From: an uncultured Holophagales bacterium
GTDB lineage: Bacteria > Acidobacteriota > Thermoanaerobaculia > Multivoradales > UBA5704
Assembly (NCBI GenBank): GCA_963842525.1
Contig: CAWJGT010000009.1
Location: 1,632,001 to 1,696,000, forward strand
Length of the DNA stretch: 64,000 bases
Direction: 5' to 3'
Positions 19,471 to 28,692 of this stretch are shown one piece after another. Each line of letters starts with the position of its first letter. The first letter of the stretch is position 1. Position numbers and translations under genes: made by a program. The notes under the pieces were generated by a model that had not been told where the DNA came from, ran no database searches, and worked only from the letters and a program-made list of their open reading frames with translations.

Positions 19471-21033
19471 TCAGTGCTCGTGGACGTGGATGGGCGTCGC
19501 GTCCCGGAAGACCCGCCCTGCCTGCGTGCGCAGCACGTAGACCAGGGAGAGCTGGTCGCCCGGGTGCATGGCGCTTTCGAGGCCGAGGATGCCCAGGGCC
19601 GGCAAGGTCCCGTTTTCAAAGGACTCGAGGAGCGGCGCATCGTAGGAGCGGTCCAGCTCGTAGACTGTGTCGCCGACCTGGAGGAAGAGCCCTTCGACCG
19701 CGAACGGCAGCGGCTCCGAACGCTCCATGTCGACGACGAGGGGGCGGCGCGGGATCTCCAACGGATCGCCGCCACCGCCGTGGCAGGGGATGCAGGGGTG
19801 ATAGCCGGGCTGCGAGCTGTTGAGCTCTTGGGCCAGCTTCGGCAGCGTCGTCTCCGGCAGGCCCACCGCCGGCCCCGCAACGACGACGGGCGCTGCCTCC
19901 GGGGGATGCGCCGCGCAGACGACGGGGCGGTCGCCGAGGGCCCGCTCGAGGAGCGTTGTGGGGGTTTCGAGGCCGGAGCCGGGCAGGATCTGGCCGTTGC
20001 GCGCCAGGCAGAAGCGCCGGCCGCAGGGGACCGGGACCCAGCGGTCCGGCCCGGACGAGGTCCCCGGCCCCGCACCCGGAGCCGCGGTCCGGGCTCCGGC
20101 GATCCAGCCGGTCGTTACGGCGCTCGCGTAGGAGCTGCCGGCGGGCATGGCCCAGTATTCCTTCCCTTGGGGCGGTGGCTGCAGGGCAAGGTAGATCCCA
20201 TATCCCGGGACGAGGGCCTCGGCGCCGGCCGGCGTCTCCGAGGAGGGCAGCACCTGCCCGGTCCTCTGGTACCAGGCGAGGTCCATGGCGCCGGCGGCCA
20301 GCACCTGGGACGAGGAGGCAGGGAAGAGGAGGAGGCCGTTGTTGCCGGCCGCGGCCACCGGGACCGTGCCGAACCGGGTGCGCAGGTGGGCGAGCACGCC
20401 TTCGATCTCGCAGCCGAGCGACGCAGCCTGGGAGGAGCATCCGGTGCCGTCCGCCAGCCGCCCCAGGCTCAGGTTGACGGCGAGCGGCGGGTTCTCGGGA
20501 TGGGTGGCGGCGCGGTCCGCCACCGCGCAGAGTTGCGCCAGGACGTGGGCGTCCCCCGCGGACGTGAGCCAGGAGGGGAGCGAGCCGGCGCTGTTCGCGA
20601 GATCGAACAGCTCCACCTGCACGCGCTCATCCGAGGCCGCGCGGATTATTTCGGCCACGTTCCATCCGTGCGGGGTGTTCCAGTCGACCACGGCCACCCA
20701 GGGGTCGGCTCCGGCGCCACTGTCCAGATCCGAGCTGAGGTCGGGCTCGTCCGGGCTGATCTCGACGGGGTAGACCGCCGGTGTCCCGGCGCCGGTCCCG
20801 TACGGGCAGCCGCCTCCGTACGTCAGGCCCCGCTGGCCGAAGACGAACCGGCCGTGCTCTCCGCAGGCCAGCGTGGTCGTTTCCGGCGACTCGGCGAGCT
20901 CGCTGTTGTTGATCTCGCAGGTCGAAGCGAAGCGATACCAGCGTACGTCCTGGGCTTCCGCCGCGCCTGGGGTGACCGCGAGAGCCACGGCGAGGAGAGC
21001 GGCGCACGGCAAGGTTGTCCTGGAGGTCTTCAT
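19471..21033 (-). CDS. Secreted S8 (subtilisin-like) serine protease
   Basis: Signal peptide; VAVVD, HG, VNLSLG, AAAGNNG and GSSYAS in subtilase order. Confidence 0.8.
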   Translation of the reverse strand: MKTSRTTLPCAALLAVALAVTPGAAEAQDVRWYRFASTCEINNSELAESPETTTLACGEHGRFVFGQRGLTYGGGCPYGTGAGTPAVYPVEISPDEPDLSSDLDSGAGADPWVAVVDWNTPHGWNVAEIIRAASDERVQVELFDLANSAGSLPSWLTSAGDAHVLAQLCAVADRAATHPENPPLAVNLSLGRLADGTGCSSQAASLGCEIEGVLAHLRTRFGTVPVAAAGNNGLLLFPASSSQVLAAGAMDLAWYQRTGQVLPSSETPAGAEALVPGYGIYLALQPPPQGKEYWAMPAGSSYASAVTTGWIAGARTAAPGAGPGTSSGPDRWVPVPCGRRFCLARNGQILPGSGLETPTTLLERALGDRPVVCAAHPPEAAPVVVAGPAVGLPETTLPKLAQELNSSQPGYHPCIPCHGGGGDPLEIPRRPLVVDMERSEPLPFAVEGLFLQVGDTVYELDRSYDAPLLESFENGTLPALGILGLESAMHPGDQLSLVYVLRTQAGRVFRDATPIHVHEH

Positions 21034-21050
21034 GACGAGATCGGTCCTTT

Positions 21051-21890
21051 CTACTCCCGGTCCCGGCCCTCCTCCGGGGTGTGCGGGAGAATGCGCAGGG
21101 TTTGTGGATAGACGAGCCGCCGGCCGCCTTCTCCGGCGAGCACCCTCCGGGGATCTTCCTCCGGCTCGAGGAGGCGGCCTTCCGGCAGATCCCCCTCCCG
21201 GGCGGCCACGAGGTAGAGGACACGGGCTCCGGGCCGGCTGCCGACCAGGTCGCGCGCCAGGCCGCGGAACCGCACGGCGCCCCGCTCGCTCTCGACGCCG
21301 AGCGCGGGCCCGGGGACGATCCTCTCCAGGCGGCCCTCCAGCACCCGGTAGAGGCCGAAGTCGACCTCTGCCTCGGCGGCGCCGCGGGGGCTGACCTCCA
21401 GCCGCACCGGGGTGTCCGGATAGGCGCGGATCCCGGCGGCGGGCTCTTCCCGCGGACCGGTCGAGCGTTCGCTCGCCAGGCCGCGGACGGTCACGTCGTA
21501 GGCGAGCCTGGACGGCAGCCCCGCGGGGGAGCGCAGCGTCCAGACGGCGATCAGCAGACCGGCGGCCAGGGCGGCGACGGCAGGGAGCCAGCGGGAAAGC
21601 CGCCGCGGACGCGGACGGACCTCCCGCGTGCCGAAGCCGGCGAGGACCCGCTCGCGCAGCCCCGCCGGGGGAGCCCCGGCCGCTGCCAGGCCCGCGAGCT
21701 CCCGCAGGCGCGACCGCGCAGCCGGGCTCCGCGCCAGCAGGGCTGCGACCCGCTCGGTCTCGGCCTCGGACAGGCGTCCCTCCCGGAAGGCGCGGAGGAG
21801 GTCGTCCGGCGGCATGCCCGCCGGGTCCCTCGGCGCCTCGGCGAGGCGGGACAGCTCCCAGAGCAGGTCTTCAGGGTCGTGTGGTTCCAT
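21051..21890 (-). CDS. Anti-sigma-like single-pass membrane protein
   Basis: N-terminus PPDDLLRAFREGRLSEAETERVAALL resembles a degenerate zf-HC2 anti-sigma domain; TM WLPAVAALAAGLLIAVW; soluble C-terminal domain. Confidence 0.7.
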   Translation of the reverse strand: MEPHDPEDLLWELSRLAEAPRDPAGMPPDDLLRAFREGRLSEAETERVAALLARSPAARSRLRELAGLAAAGAPPAGLRERVLAGFGTREVRPRPRRLSRWLPAVAALAAGLLIAVWTLRSPAGLPSRLAYDVTVRGLASERSTGPREEPAAGIRAYPDTPVRLEVSPRGAAEAEVDFGLYRVLEGRLERIVPGPALGVESERGAVRFRGLARDLVGSRPGARVLYLVAAREGDLPEGRLLEPEEDPRRVLAGEGGRRLVYPQTLRILPHTPEEGRDRE

Positions 21891-24800
21891 CTGCCGGTCC
21901 TCGCTGTGGAAGGAGTGGAGAGGAGGTCGTTCTGCCCCCCGTGTCAGAAGGTGTCCGGAAAGTGCTGGTGGCAGGGCCTCCGCTGTGAGCCCTCTCCCCC
22001 AACCCCTCTCCCGCGCGTCCGCCACCCGCCACCCCGAGCGGGAGAGGGGCGCCCCCACCCAGCCCTTTCCCGTTCCCCCTCTCCCGTTCGGGGTGGGGGA
22101 CCGGGGGACGCACGGGAGAGGGGGCCAGGGGGTGAGGGCTCTGCTTCTCAGCCTCGGCCTCGGCACGAGCGCCGCGGAGAAGGAGGAGCCCGGCCCAGGA
22201 CACCGCCGGATGGCGGCGGCGCGCCACGGCCAGGGCCTCGCGATAGGCGGCCGGCACCGGCCGGCCGGACCGGATCGCGCGATAGAAGGGCTCGTTGAAG
22301 TCGCGCGCCAGCCGGTCCTCCAGATCGGTGCGGCTGGCGACCACCCAGGCGACACCCAGCCGGGCGAGCAGGCCGCCCAGGCCGTAGCGGCCGCTGTCCG
22401 CGGTGAAGGGCCAGCGGCCGGTCTCGCAGCCGCTCAAGTTGGCGAAACGGCCCGAGACCGGGAGGCCGGCGAGCTCGACCAGCCGCAGCGGACCGTCCGC
22501 CAGCTCCACGCTCGACAGCTCCGGGAAGGCCGGATCGAAGGTGCCGTGGGTGTCGAGGTGCAGCCAGGCGGCGCCAGGGAGGGCGCGGTGGAGAGCGTCG
22601 CGGCGGGCCTCCTCGCGGTGCAGGATCCGGGCGCCGGGGAAGAGCTCGCGGACCAGGGGGACCAGCTCGCTGCCGCCCGGCAGGTCGCCCAGCGGATCGA
22701 CGACGAACAGGGGCTTCGCTCCGGGCTTCCTTCCTGCAGCCTCGCGGGCCCCGGCCGGCTGGAGGGCCACGGCTGTGACCTCGCTCAGCCAGCGCGGCGC
22801 GCCGCCGCCGGGCGGCAGGGGGAGGGCGGCCAGGGGCGCTCCCTGGAGCATGCCGTGGAGGGCGAACGTCGTGACGGCCGCGAGCTGCGCAGGGTCGCGC
22901 GGCAGGAGAGCCGCGGCGAGCGGAGCCGCCAGCCGTCGCCAGGCGTCGTCGTCGAGGTCGCGCCGGTCGAGCGCTGCGCCGAGCCGCGCCACCAGCTCCC
23001 GCACCTGGTCGCGCGGCATCCTCGTCCGGCGCTCGACCTGCACCCGGCCGGCGTTGTCGCGGCCGAGGAGCAGGACCTCGTCGGCCAACGCCACGGCACG
23101 GAAGCGTACCCCCTCGTCGCCCGGGTCCGCAGCGGCCTCCGGGCAGCCGGGCCACTCCCGCCAGAGGGACTGGAGACGCATCTGGAGGCCGCGGCGAACG
23201 CCTTCGAGCTGCCGCCGCCGCTCTCCCGAGGCGGGCCGGTCGAGAGCCGCCAGTTCCCGCTGCAGGGCCGCGGACTCGGCGTCGATCGCCTGCCAACGGT
23301 CCTTTACGGCCGGGTCCGTCGCCCGCTCCCGGCACTGCCGCCGCGCCGCCTCGTTGGCGGAGAGCCGGTCGAGGCCGGCCAGCAGCTCCCAGGCGCGGCG
23401 GGGGTCGCCGCGCTCCACCGCGACCCGGGCGGCCTGCGCATAGTCGTCGGCCCGCTGCCCCGGACCGAGCGGGATGCGCAGCCCGAGGCTCCCGGCATCG
23501 CCCTGCTCGTGGCGGGCCAGGGACTGCGCGAACGCGAGGTCGGCTCCCGCCAGGTCCCCCTGCCGGCGCCGCGCCTCCGCCGTGCACGAGAGAGCCCGCG
23601 CCGCGAGAGCGGGATCGCCGGCCGTGGCCAGCCGGCCGCAGCGCGAGAGCGCGCCCGCGCTGTCGCCCCGGCGCACGGCCGCGAGCCCCTCGACCAGGTC
23701 GGCCCAGCCGAGCAGCAGGCTCCTGCCCTCGCCGCCGGACCCGGCACCGGCGAGCAGGCTGCGGGCCTGGGCCAGGTGCGGCGCCGGATCGTGCCCCCGG
23801 CGGACCTGGAGATAGGCGAGGTTGATCCTGTGGTTGGCGTGCTGCAGCGGATCGCCGTCCGCCGCGATGGCCGGCAGTGCCCGGGCCAGGCCCCGACCCG
23901 CCTCGTCGAGCTCTCCCGGTGTGGCATCAGGGTCGAGCAGGATCAGCCAGGCGAGCTGCGCCTGGCCATAGGCGAAAAGGGGCTCCTCGCAGGGCAGGCG
24001 GGCGCACTCCGCGAGGTCCGCCCGCAGCCGCTCCACGGCCTCGCGCGCCGCGCCGGCCTGCGACAGGAGATCGGCCTGCTGCATGGTCACGGTGAAGCGC
24101 GCCGGGTCGGCGATGCGCTCGTAGCGCCGCTCGGCCTCGGCATAGGCCTGCCAGGCGGCGGCCGGATTACCGCGCGCCAGAGCGAGCTCGGCGCGGCTGT
24201 AGGCCGCCTGGGCCCCATGCCGGCTCACCTCCGGGCGGTCCAGCCAGGCGGGCAGCCGGTCGAGGCGGCGGCCGGCCTCGGCGAGCGCCTCCAGAGTGCC
24301 CTCGCGAGTGAGGAAATGGCTGGCGACCAGGGAGACGCGGACCGCGAGCTGCGGCAGCCCGCGGTCCCGGGCGCGCGCGGCCAGGGCGTCGAGCCTGGCC
24401 AGGAACGGGCCGAGCGGCCCGCCGGCCCGGCTCGCGAGGAGGCCGGCGAGCTCCTGCGTCAGCGCCGCGTGCGCCGCACGATCGCCCCCGATCCGCACCG
24501 CGCGGCAGGGGAGGCGGCGCTCGGTGTCGTCGAAGCGATCGACCAGCCGGCCGCAGAGCGGCAGCGCGGCTCCCGCCCGCAGGCCCCGCGGGAGCTTCCC
24601 CTCGAAGCAGACCGTCCTCTCCATGCGCGCTGCGGCGGGCGCGAATCCCGTGGGCGACGGCTCGCCGTCGAGCGTCAGCAGCGCCTCCCAGCGGCTGGAG
24701 TCCATGGCTGGCGGGACCTCCAGGCAGAGGCCGAGAGGTTTGCCCTGGTCGAGCACCCGCGGTACCGGCGAGCCGTCCGGCCGCACCTCCACCTCGGCGT

Positions 24801-24915
24801 GCCCGCGCACGACCGCGGGCAGGGCGAGAGGCTCGGCCCCGCAGCCGGCGAGAAGCAGGGCTGCGAGCCCGGCCGCCGCCGTCAGCCGGCGCTCAGGCCC
24901 AGCCTCTCGGCGCAT
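21871..24915 (-). CDS. Lipoprotein with TPR-like repeats and a C-terminal CHAT (caspase-like) protease domain
   Basis: Lipobox LLAGC; CHAT motifs LQGAPLAAL, VVDPLGDLP, WLHLDTHG (His), NLSGCETG (Cys). Confidence 0.88.
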   Translation of the reverse strand: MRREAGPERRLTAAAGLAALLLAGCGAEPLALPAVVRGHAEVEVRPDGSPVPRVLDQGKPLGLCLEVPPAMDSSRWEALLTLDGEPSPTGFAPAAARMERTVCFEGKLPRGLRAGAALPLCGRLVDRFDDTERRLPCRAVRIGGDRAAHAALTQELAGLLASRAGGPLGPFLARLDALAARARDRGLPQLAVRVSLVASHFLTREGTLEALAEAGRRLDRLPAWLDRPEVSRHGAQAAYSRAELALARGNPAAAWQAYAEAERRYERIADPARFTVTMQQADLLSQAGAAREAVERLRADLAECARLPCEEPLFAYGQAQLAWLILLDPDATPGELDEAGRGLARALPAIAADGDPLQHANHRINLAYLQVRRGHDPAPHLAQARSLLAGAGSGGEGRSLLLGWADLVEGLAAVRRGDSAGALSRCGRLATAGDPALAARALSCTAEARRRQGDLAGADLAFAQSLARHEQGDAGSLGLRIPLGPGQRADDYAQAARVAVERGDPRRAWELLAGLDRLSANEAARRQCRERATDPAVKDRWQAIDAESAALQRELAALDRPASGERRRQLEGVRRGLQMRLQSLWREWPGCPEAAADPGDEGVRFRAVALADEVLLLGRDNAGRVQVERRTRMPRDQVRELVARLGAALDRRDLDDDAWRRLAAPLAAALLPRDPAQLAAVTTFALHGMLQGAPLAALPLPPGGGAPRWLSEVTAVALQPAGAREAAGRKPGAKPLFVVDPLGDLPGGSELVPLVRELFPGARILHREEARRDALHRALPGAAWLHLDTHGTFDPAFPELSSVELADGPLRLVELAGLPVSGRFANLSGCETGRWPFTADSGRYGLGGLLARLGVAWVVASRTDLEDRLARDFNEPFYRAIRSGRPVPAAYREALAVARRRHPAVSWAGLLLLRGARAEAEAEKQSPHPLAPSPVRPPVPHPERERGNGKGLGGGAPLPLGVAGGGRAGEGLGERAHSGGPATSTFRTPSDTGGRTTSSPLLPQRGPADGTTRP
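21990..22138. repeat. CCCTCTCCC palindromic element, inverted dimer, copy B (in the 3' end of the CHAT gene)
   Basis: CCCTCTCCCCCAACCCCTCTCCC...GGGAGAGGGG and the inverted unit ending GGGGGTGAGGG. Confidence 0.85.
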
Positions 24916-25475
24916 CGTCGGACCGCTTCGTTGAGCGACTGGCGGAGCTTGTAGGTGGCCTTCATCGACCAGCCGGTCGCGGCCGCCACCTCCTCGGCGG
25001 AGAGGGCGTCCACGTAGCGCAGCTTGTAATAGAGATAAGTCCGGCCGCGGCTCTCCTGGAGGCAGCGTTCCAGCCGGACCAGCGTGTCGCGGGCGACGGC
25101 GCGGGTCTCGGCCCCAGGGTCGGCCGCCGGCCGCTCTGGATCGGCGAGGGGCACCACCTTGCGCGACCAGGCCGAGCGGCGCCGGTTCGCCGCCACGCCG
25201 CAGGCCAGGTCCCAGAGATGGCGTCCGAGCGCCTCGCGGGTGGCCTCCCCCTCCGGATGGCGGTCGAGGAAGTCGCGGAGCACTTTGCCATCGCGCTGGA
25301 AATAGAAAGCGAAGGCATCCTGCAGAAGGTCTTCCGGGTCCGGGCCGCCCGGATGGCCGTACCGCTGCCGGAGCCGGCGGAAGAGGTCCTCCGCGAAGGT
25401 GTCGTACAGCCAGGCCGCCGCCTGCCGGTCGCCCTCGACGATCCTCCGGAGCTGCTGGCGGACGGCGTCGCTCAT
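24882..25475 (-). CDS. ECF-type sigma-70 factor
   Basis: GDRQAAAWLY, DPEDLLQDAF (region 2); LRYVDALSAEEVAAATGWSMKATYK (region 4 HTH). Confidence 0.85.
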   Translation of the reverse strand: MSDAVRQQLRRIVEGDRQAAAWLYDTFAEDLFRRLRQRYGHPGGPDPEDLLQDAFAFYFQRDGKVLRDFLDRHPEGEATREALGRHLWDLACGVAANRRRSAWSRKVVPLADPERPAADPGAETRAVARDTLVRLERCLQESRGRTYLYYKLRYVDALSAEEVAAATGWSMKATYKLRQSLNEAVRRCAERLGLSAG

Positions 25476-25572
25476 GGGGGATGGCACAGGGTGCTTCCCA
25501 CAGTCTAGCAGAGGAGAAGCCCCCGGCGGCGAGAGCCGCCAGGGGCGCGCCGGCAGCGCCGAGCGAGAGCCT

Positions 25573-27123
25573 TCAGCAGGAGACCTTGGTGTTGCCCGTG
25601 TTGTAGGTGGTGCAGGAGAGCGGGTTCGTGACGTCCGAGAAGTTGATCGAGGTCGAGGCTGCATTGAGGCCGCTGGTCCCCTGCCGCTGGAAGTGCAGGT
25701 GATCGCCGCAGCCGTTCTTCGTGCAGCAGGTATTGCCCGTATGGCCCTCCATCGCCATCTTGCACCCCACGGTGACCGACTTGCCGTTCCAGACCGAAAT
25801 CGAGGTATGGCGCAGATGGGTGTACTTGGTGTAGGTGCCGTCGGCGTGCGAGAGGATGATGACGTTGCCCCAGCCGCCGTTGCTGGCGCAGGAGGCCGAG
25901 TAGTCGACGCAGCCGGTCTTGTCGATCGCGTTGCAAGTGCAGGAGGTGTGCACATACACCACCGATCCCGCCGCCGCGGCCAGGATCGCCTCGTTGCCCA
26001 CCACCGCCTGGAAGTCGTAGGCATAGGACAGGTTGCCGGTATGGCTCGAGACGTTGCACTTGGTGGAGTAGCTCGCGCCTACTTGGGTGCATGTCAGGTC
26101 GGGGCTGAACGACTTGCCCATCGGCAGCTTGTAGCTCACAGGTGCCGCCTCGACCAGGGTCGAGACCTCGCCGCGCTTCGACAGATAGCGCAGCAGCACG
26201 CCGTTTTCGGTCAGCTCCTTGTAGGCCACGCCCGTCGGGAGGACCGCGACCAGGCGCTGGGCCTCCACCGCGGTCACCTGGGTCCCGTCCGGCCCGAGCA
26301 GCGCCAACCGGGACGCTCCCAGGACGTTGTCGCCCTCGACGGCATAGCCGCCGGCCATCTCGCTGCGGAACGGCTGGGCATCGGCATTGGGCGACCAGTG
26401 CGCGAGCCGGCTGATGAGCCGGGGCAGTTGGAAGGCTGCGGCCTGCCGGACCGCCGCAGCGGGACCCACCGGCAGCCTGTGCTCCTCGACCTGCGGTACC
26501 GGGTACTTCTGCTCCGTCATGAGGGGAGCGCCCTCGAAATAGACGTCCAGCCCGCCGCCGGCGGGAGCCCAGCTCAGATAGTCCGCCACGACGCCGGACG
26601 GGCGGACGACCTCGACCTCGCCGCTCACCACATCGGCCAGCGCGACACCGAACGCGTCGCCCGACGAGAAGGTGTAGGCGATCCGGCTGTCCCCTGTGGG
26701 CGACCAGGCGGCAGTGATCACGAAATGGCCGTCGCGATTGATCCTGCGGGTCTTGCCGCGCCGTTCGACGATCAGATCTCCGCTGGGGACGAGGTCCGCC
26801 ACGGCCTTGCTGTCCGCCTCGGCCCTGGTGACGCTCCGGCGGCCGCTCGACGCGCTCGCATCCACGGCAGCCAGAGTGGTATAGGCCAGCCACCGTCCCT
26901 CTGCGGACCTGCCGGTGTAGGACAGGACCGGGAACACGGTGTTCACCTCCACCGCCTCCGGAGTGCCGCGGCGGAGCCGCAGCTCGTAGGCCGTGCCGCC
27001 GATGCCGACCGGCCACCGCTCCGTCCGCCGGGCTTCTTCGCACCGAGCGACGGAGGGGGCGAGAATCCCTGACGCGACGATAGCAAGAAGAAGACCTTTC
27101 CTGAGAGATCGATGCGCAAGCAT
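25573..27123 (-). CDS. Secreted protein with a partial beta-propeller and a Cys-rich C-terminal M23 peptidase domain
   Basis: Signal peptide; AWSPTG repeat; HTGNLSYAYDF, YTHL, HLHF M23 motifs; many Cys. Confidence 0.85.
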   Translation of the reverse strand: MLAHRSLRKGLLLAIVASGILAPSVARCEEARRTERWPVGIGGTAYELRLRRGTPEAVEVNTVFPVLSYTGRSAEGRWLAYTTLAAVDASASSGRRSVTRAEADSKAVADLVPSGDLIVERRGKTRRINRDGHFVITAAWSPTGDSRIAYTFSSGDAFGVALADVVSGEVEVVRPSGVVADYLSWAPAGGGLDVYFEGAPLMTEQKYPVPQVEEHRLPVGPAAAVRQAAAFQLPRLISRLAHWSPNADAQPFRSEMAGGYAVEGDNVLGASRLALLGPDGTQVTAVEAQRLVAVLPTGVAYKELTENGVLLRYLSKRGEVSTLVEAAPVSYKLPMGKSFSPDLTCTQVGASYSTKCNVSSHTGNLSYAYDFQAVVGNEAILAAAAGSVVYVHTSCTCNAIDKTGCVDYSASCASNGGWGNVIILSHADGTYTKYTHLRHTSISVWNGKSVTVGCKMAMEGHTGNTCCTKNGCGDHLHFQRQGTSGLNAASTSINFSDVTNPLSCTTYNTGNTKVSC

Positions 27124-27343
27124 GATTCCACTCCTCGGATGTGCTCGGATCGGAATTGATCCGAAGCCTGTCACAGCGAAAGGAGTGGACCGCGCGGGAT
27201 TTTGCCCCCCTACGCGACCAGACGAATCCCGGAAGCCGGCTTACCGAGCGAGATGAGCCTCAAAACGCCCGCGCCGCGGGGCCTTCAAGGCCACGGTTGT
27301 TATTGCGAAAGAGGGTGTTTCGAAAGTAGTCTCTGGATGCTGC

Positions 27344-28039
27344 TCAGCCCTTCCCTGCATCCTCCGCGGCTCGGCGGAGACGGTCCAGCTCCATGTCCAG
27401 GACCCGGAGACGCTCCTCGGCAGCCCGCCGTGCTGCGGCCTCGGCCCGCAAGGCCTCCTCGATCTCCTCGCGCCAGGGCAGCCGCTCGCCGGTGACGGTA
27501 TCCACCAGGCGCAGGCGCAAACCCTCGGGCCGCAACACCAGGCCCGTGGTGCGGCTAACGAGCGAGCCATCCTTCTCCAGGCGCATTGGCCGGTACCGCC
27601 CATTCTCGAGACGGTAGCCCTTGAGCCGGTTCGGCCGCAGATACTCGCCATAGGGATCGAAGAGCACCATCTCCTCCACCCCGATGCGCTGATACTTGCG
27701 CTTCTTCGTCCCCTCGTCCTCGTCCTTGGTGCTCCGGGAGGTCACCTCAATCACCAGGCAGGGCGGCACCCCCTCCTCCCACAGCATGTAGGTGTCGCGG
27801 TTCCACTTGGCGACGCCCCGGGCCATCAGGACATCCGGAGCGACGGCGGCGGAGCGGTTTCCCTTCTCGTAGTAGAGGAAGAGGTTGCCTCCCACCCAGA
27901 CGTCGGGGACCGCGGCGTAGCGGCTCTCCAGACCTTCGATGAGGTCGGACATGACCTTCCGGTGGAGGGTGGTCTCGGCCATGGGCTGGCCGTCGGAGGT
28001 GGGATAGTCGATCTCCTGTTCGAGCGGAATCGCAGCCAT
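27344..28039 (-). CDS. Uma2 (DUF820) family putative endonuclease
   Basis: YPTSDGQPMAET, VAPDV, VIEVTSRST, KYQRIGVEEMVLFDP. Confidence 0.92.
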   Translation of the reverse strand: MAAIPLEQEIDYPTSDGQPMAETTLHRKVMSDLIEGLESRYAAVPDVWVGGNLFLYYEKGNRSAAVAPDVLMARGVAKWNRDTYMLWEEGVPPCLVIEVTSRSTKDEDEGTKKRKYQRIGVEEMVLFDPYGEYLRPNRLKGYRLENGRYRPMRLEKDGSLVSRTTGLVLRPEGLRLRLVDTVTGERLPWREEIEEALRAEAAARRAAEERLRVLDMELDRLRRAAEDAGKG

Positions 28040-28159
28040 GGATGCCTGCCTTTCCCCGACGGATCGCGCTATCAGAGCACGAACACCCGCCGGGACGCAA
28101 CTCTTGCCGCTCCATGGTACCACGGGCCGCCTCCCTGTTGCGGCACCGCATCCCGAGCG

Positions 28160-28621
28160 CTACTTCGGCCGTCGGGGACGCTGCTTGGCCGAGATCGACT
28201 TGATGACGAGCCGACCAGGGCCCGTGCCATCCAGCGGCTTGGCGGCCCGTTCGAGCGCGCAGGCGATGAGCGCCTCGACCGCCGGCTTGTCCAGGTCCGA
28301 CGCATCCTTGAGGACGATGTGACGGGCGATGTTACCGCTGCCCTGGAGCAGCTTCTCCGGATCGGGCAGGCTCGACGCATTTTGCAGGAAGCAGAGGTCG
28401 ACCCAGCGCGGCATCACCGCGATCGAAAGGATCGCTTCGGATGCGCGCTCCGTCGGGCCGAAGCCGATGACGAGAGCATTGTAGTTGTCGTACACCATCT
28501 GGACGGCGCCGGGCAGACGAGCCCGCATCTTCGCGAGCGCCGCTTCGGCCTGAGCACCGATCTCGGGTGTGTACTTGGCGATGAACCCGGCGAGCTGGGT
28601 TTCGGGGGATTCGTCTTTCAT
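28160..28621 (-). CDS. DUF1801-like protein
   Basis: VYDNYNALVIGF and LPDPEKLLQGSG...RHI. Confidence 0.75.
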   Translation of the reverse strand: MKDESPETQLAGFIAKYTPEIGAQAEAALAKMRARLPGAVQMVYDNYNALVIGFGPTERASEAILSIAVMPRWVDLCFLQNASSLPDPEKLLQGSGNIARHIVLKDASDLDKPAVEALIACALERAAKPLDGTGPGRLVIKSISAKQRPRRPK

Positions 28622-28692
28622 GGTGGTGGCCTGGGGAAGAAGCTGCTCTGCCATTATCATAGGCCATGCCGGCGCACCTTTTGGGCTTCTCT

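Noticed and set aside
19471-25475. Type III-E CRISPR (Craspase) locus
   Set aside because: No Cas7-11 or array is present, and the CHAT protein appears to be an exported lipoprotein.
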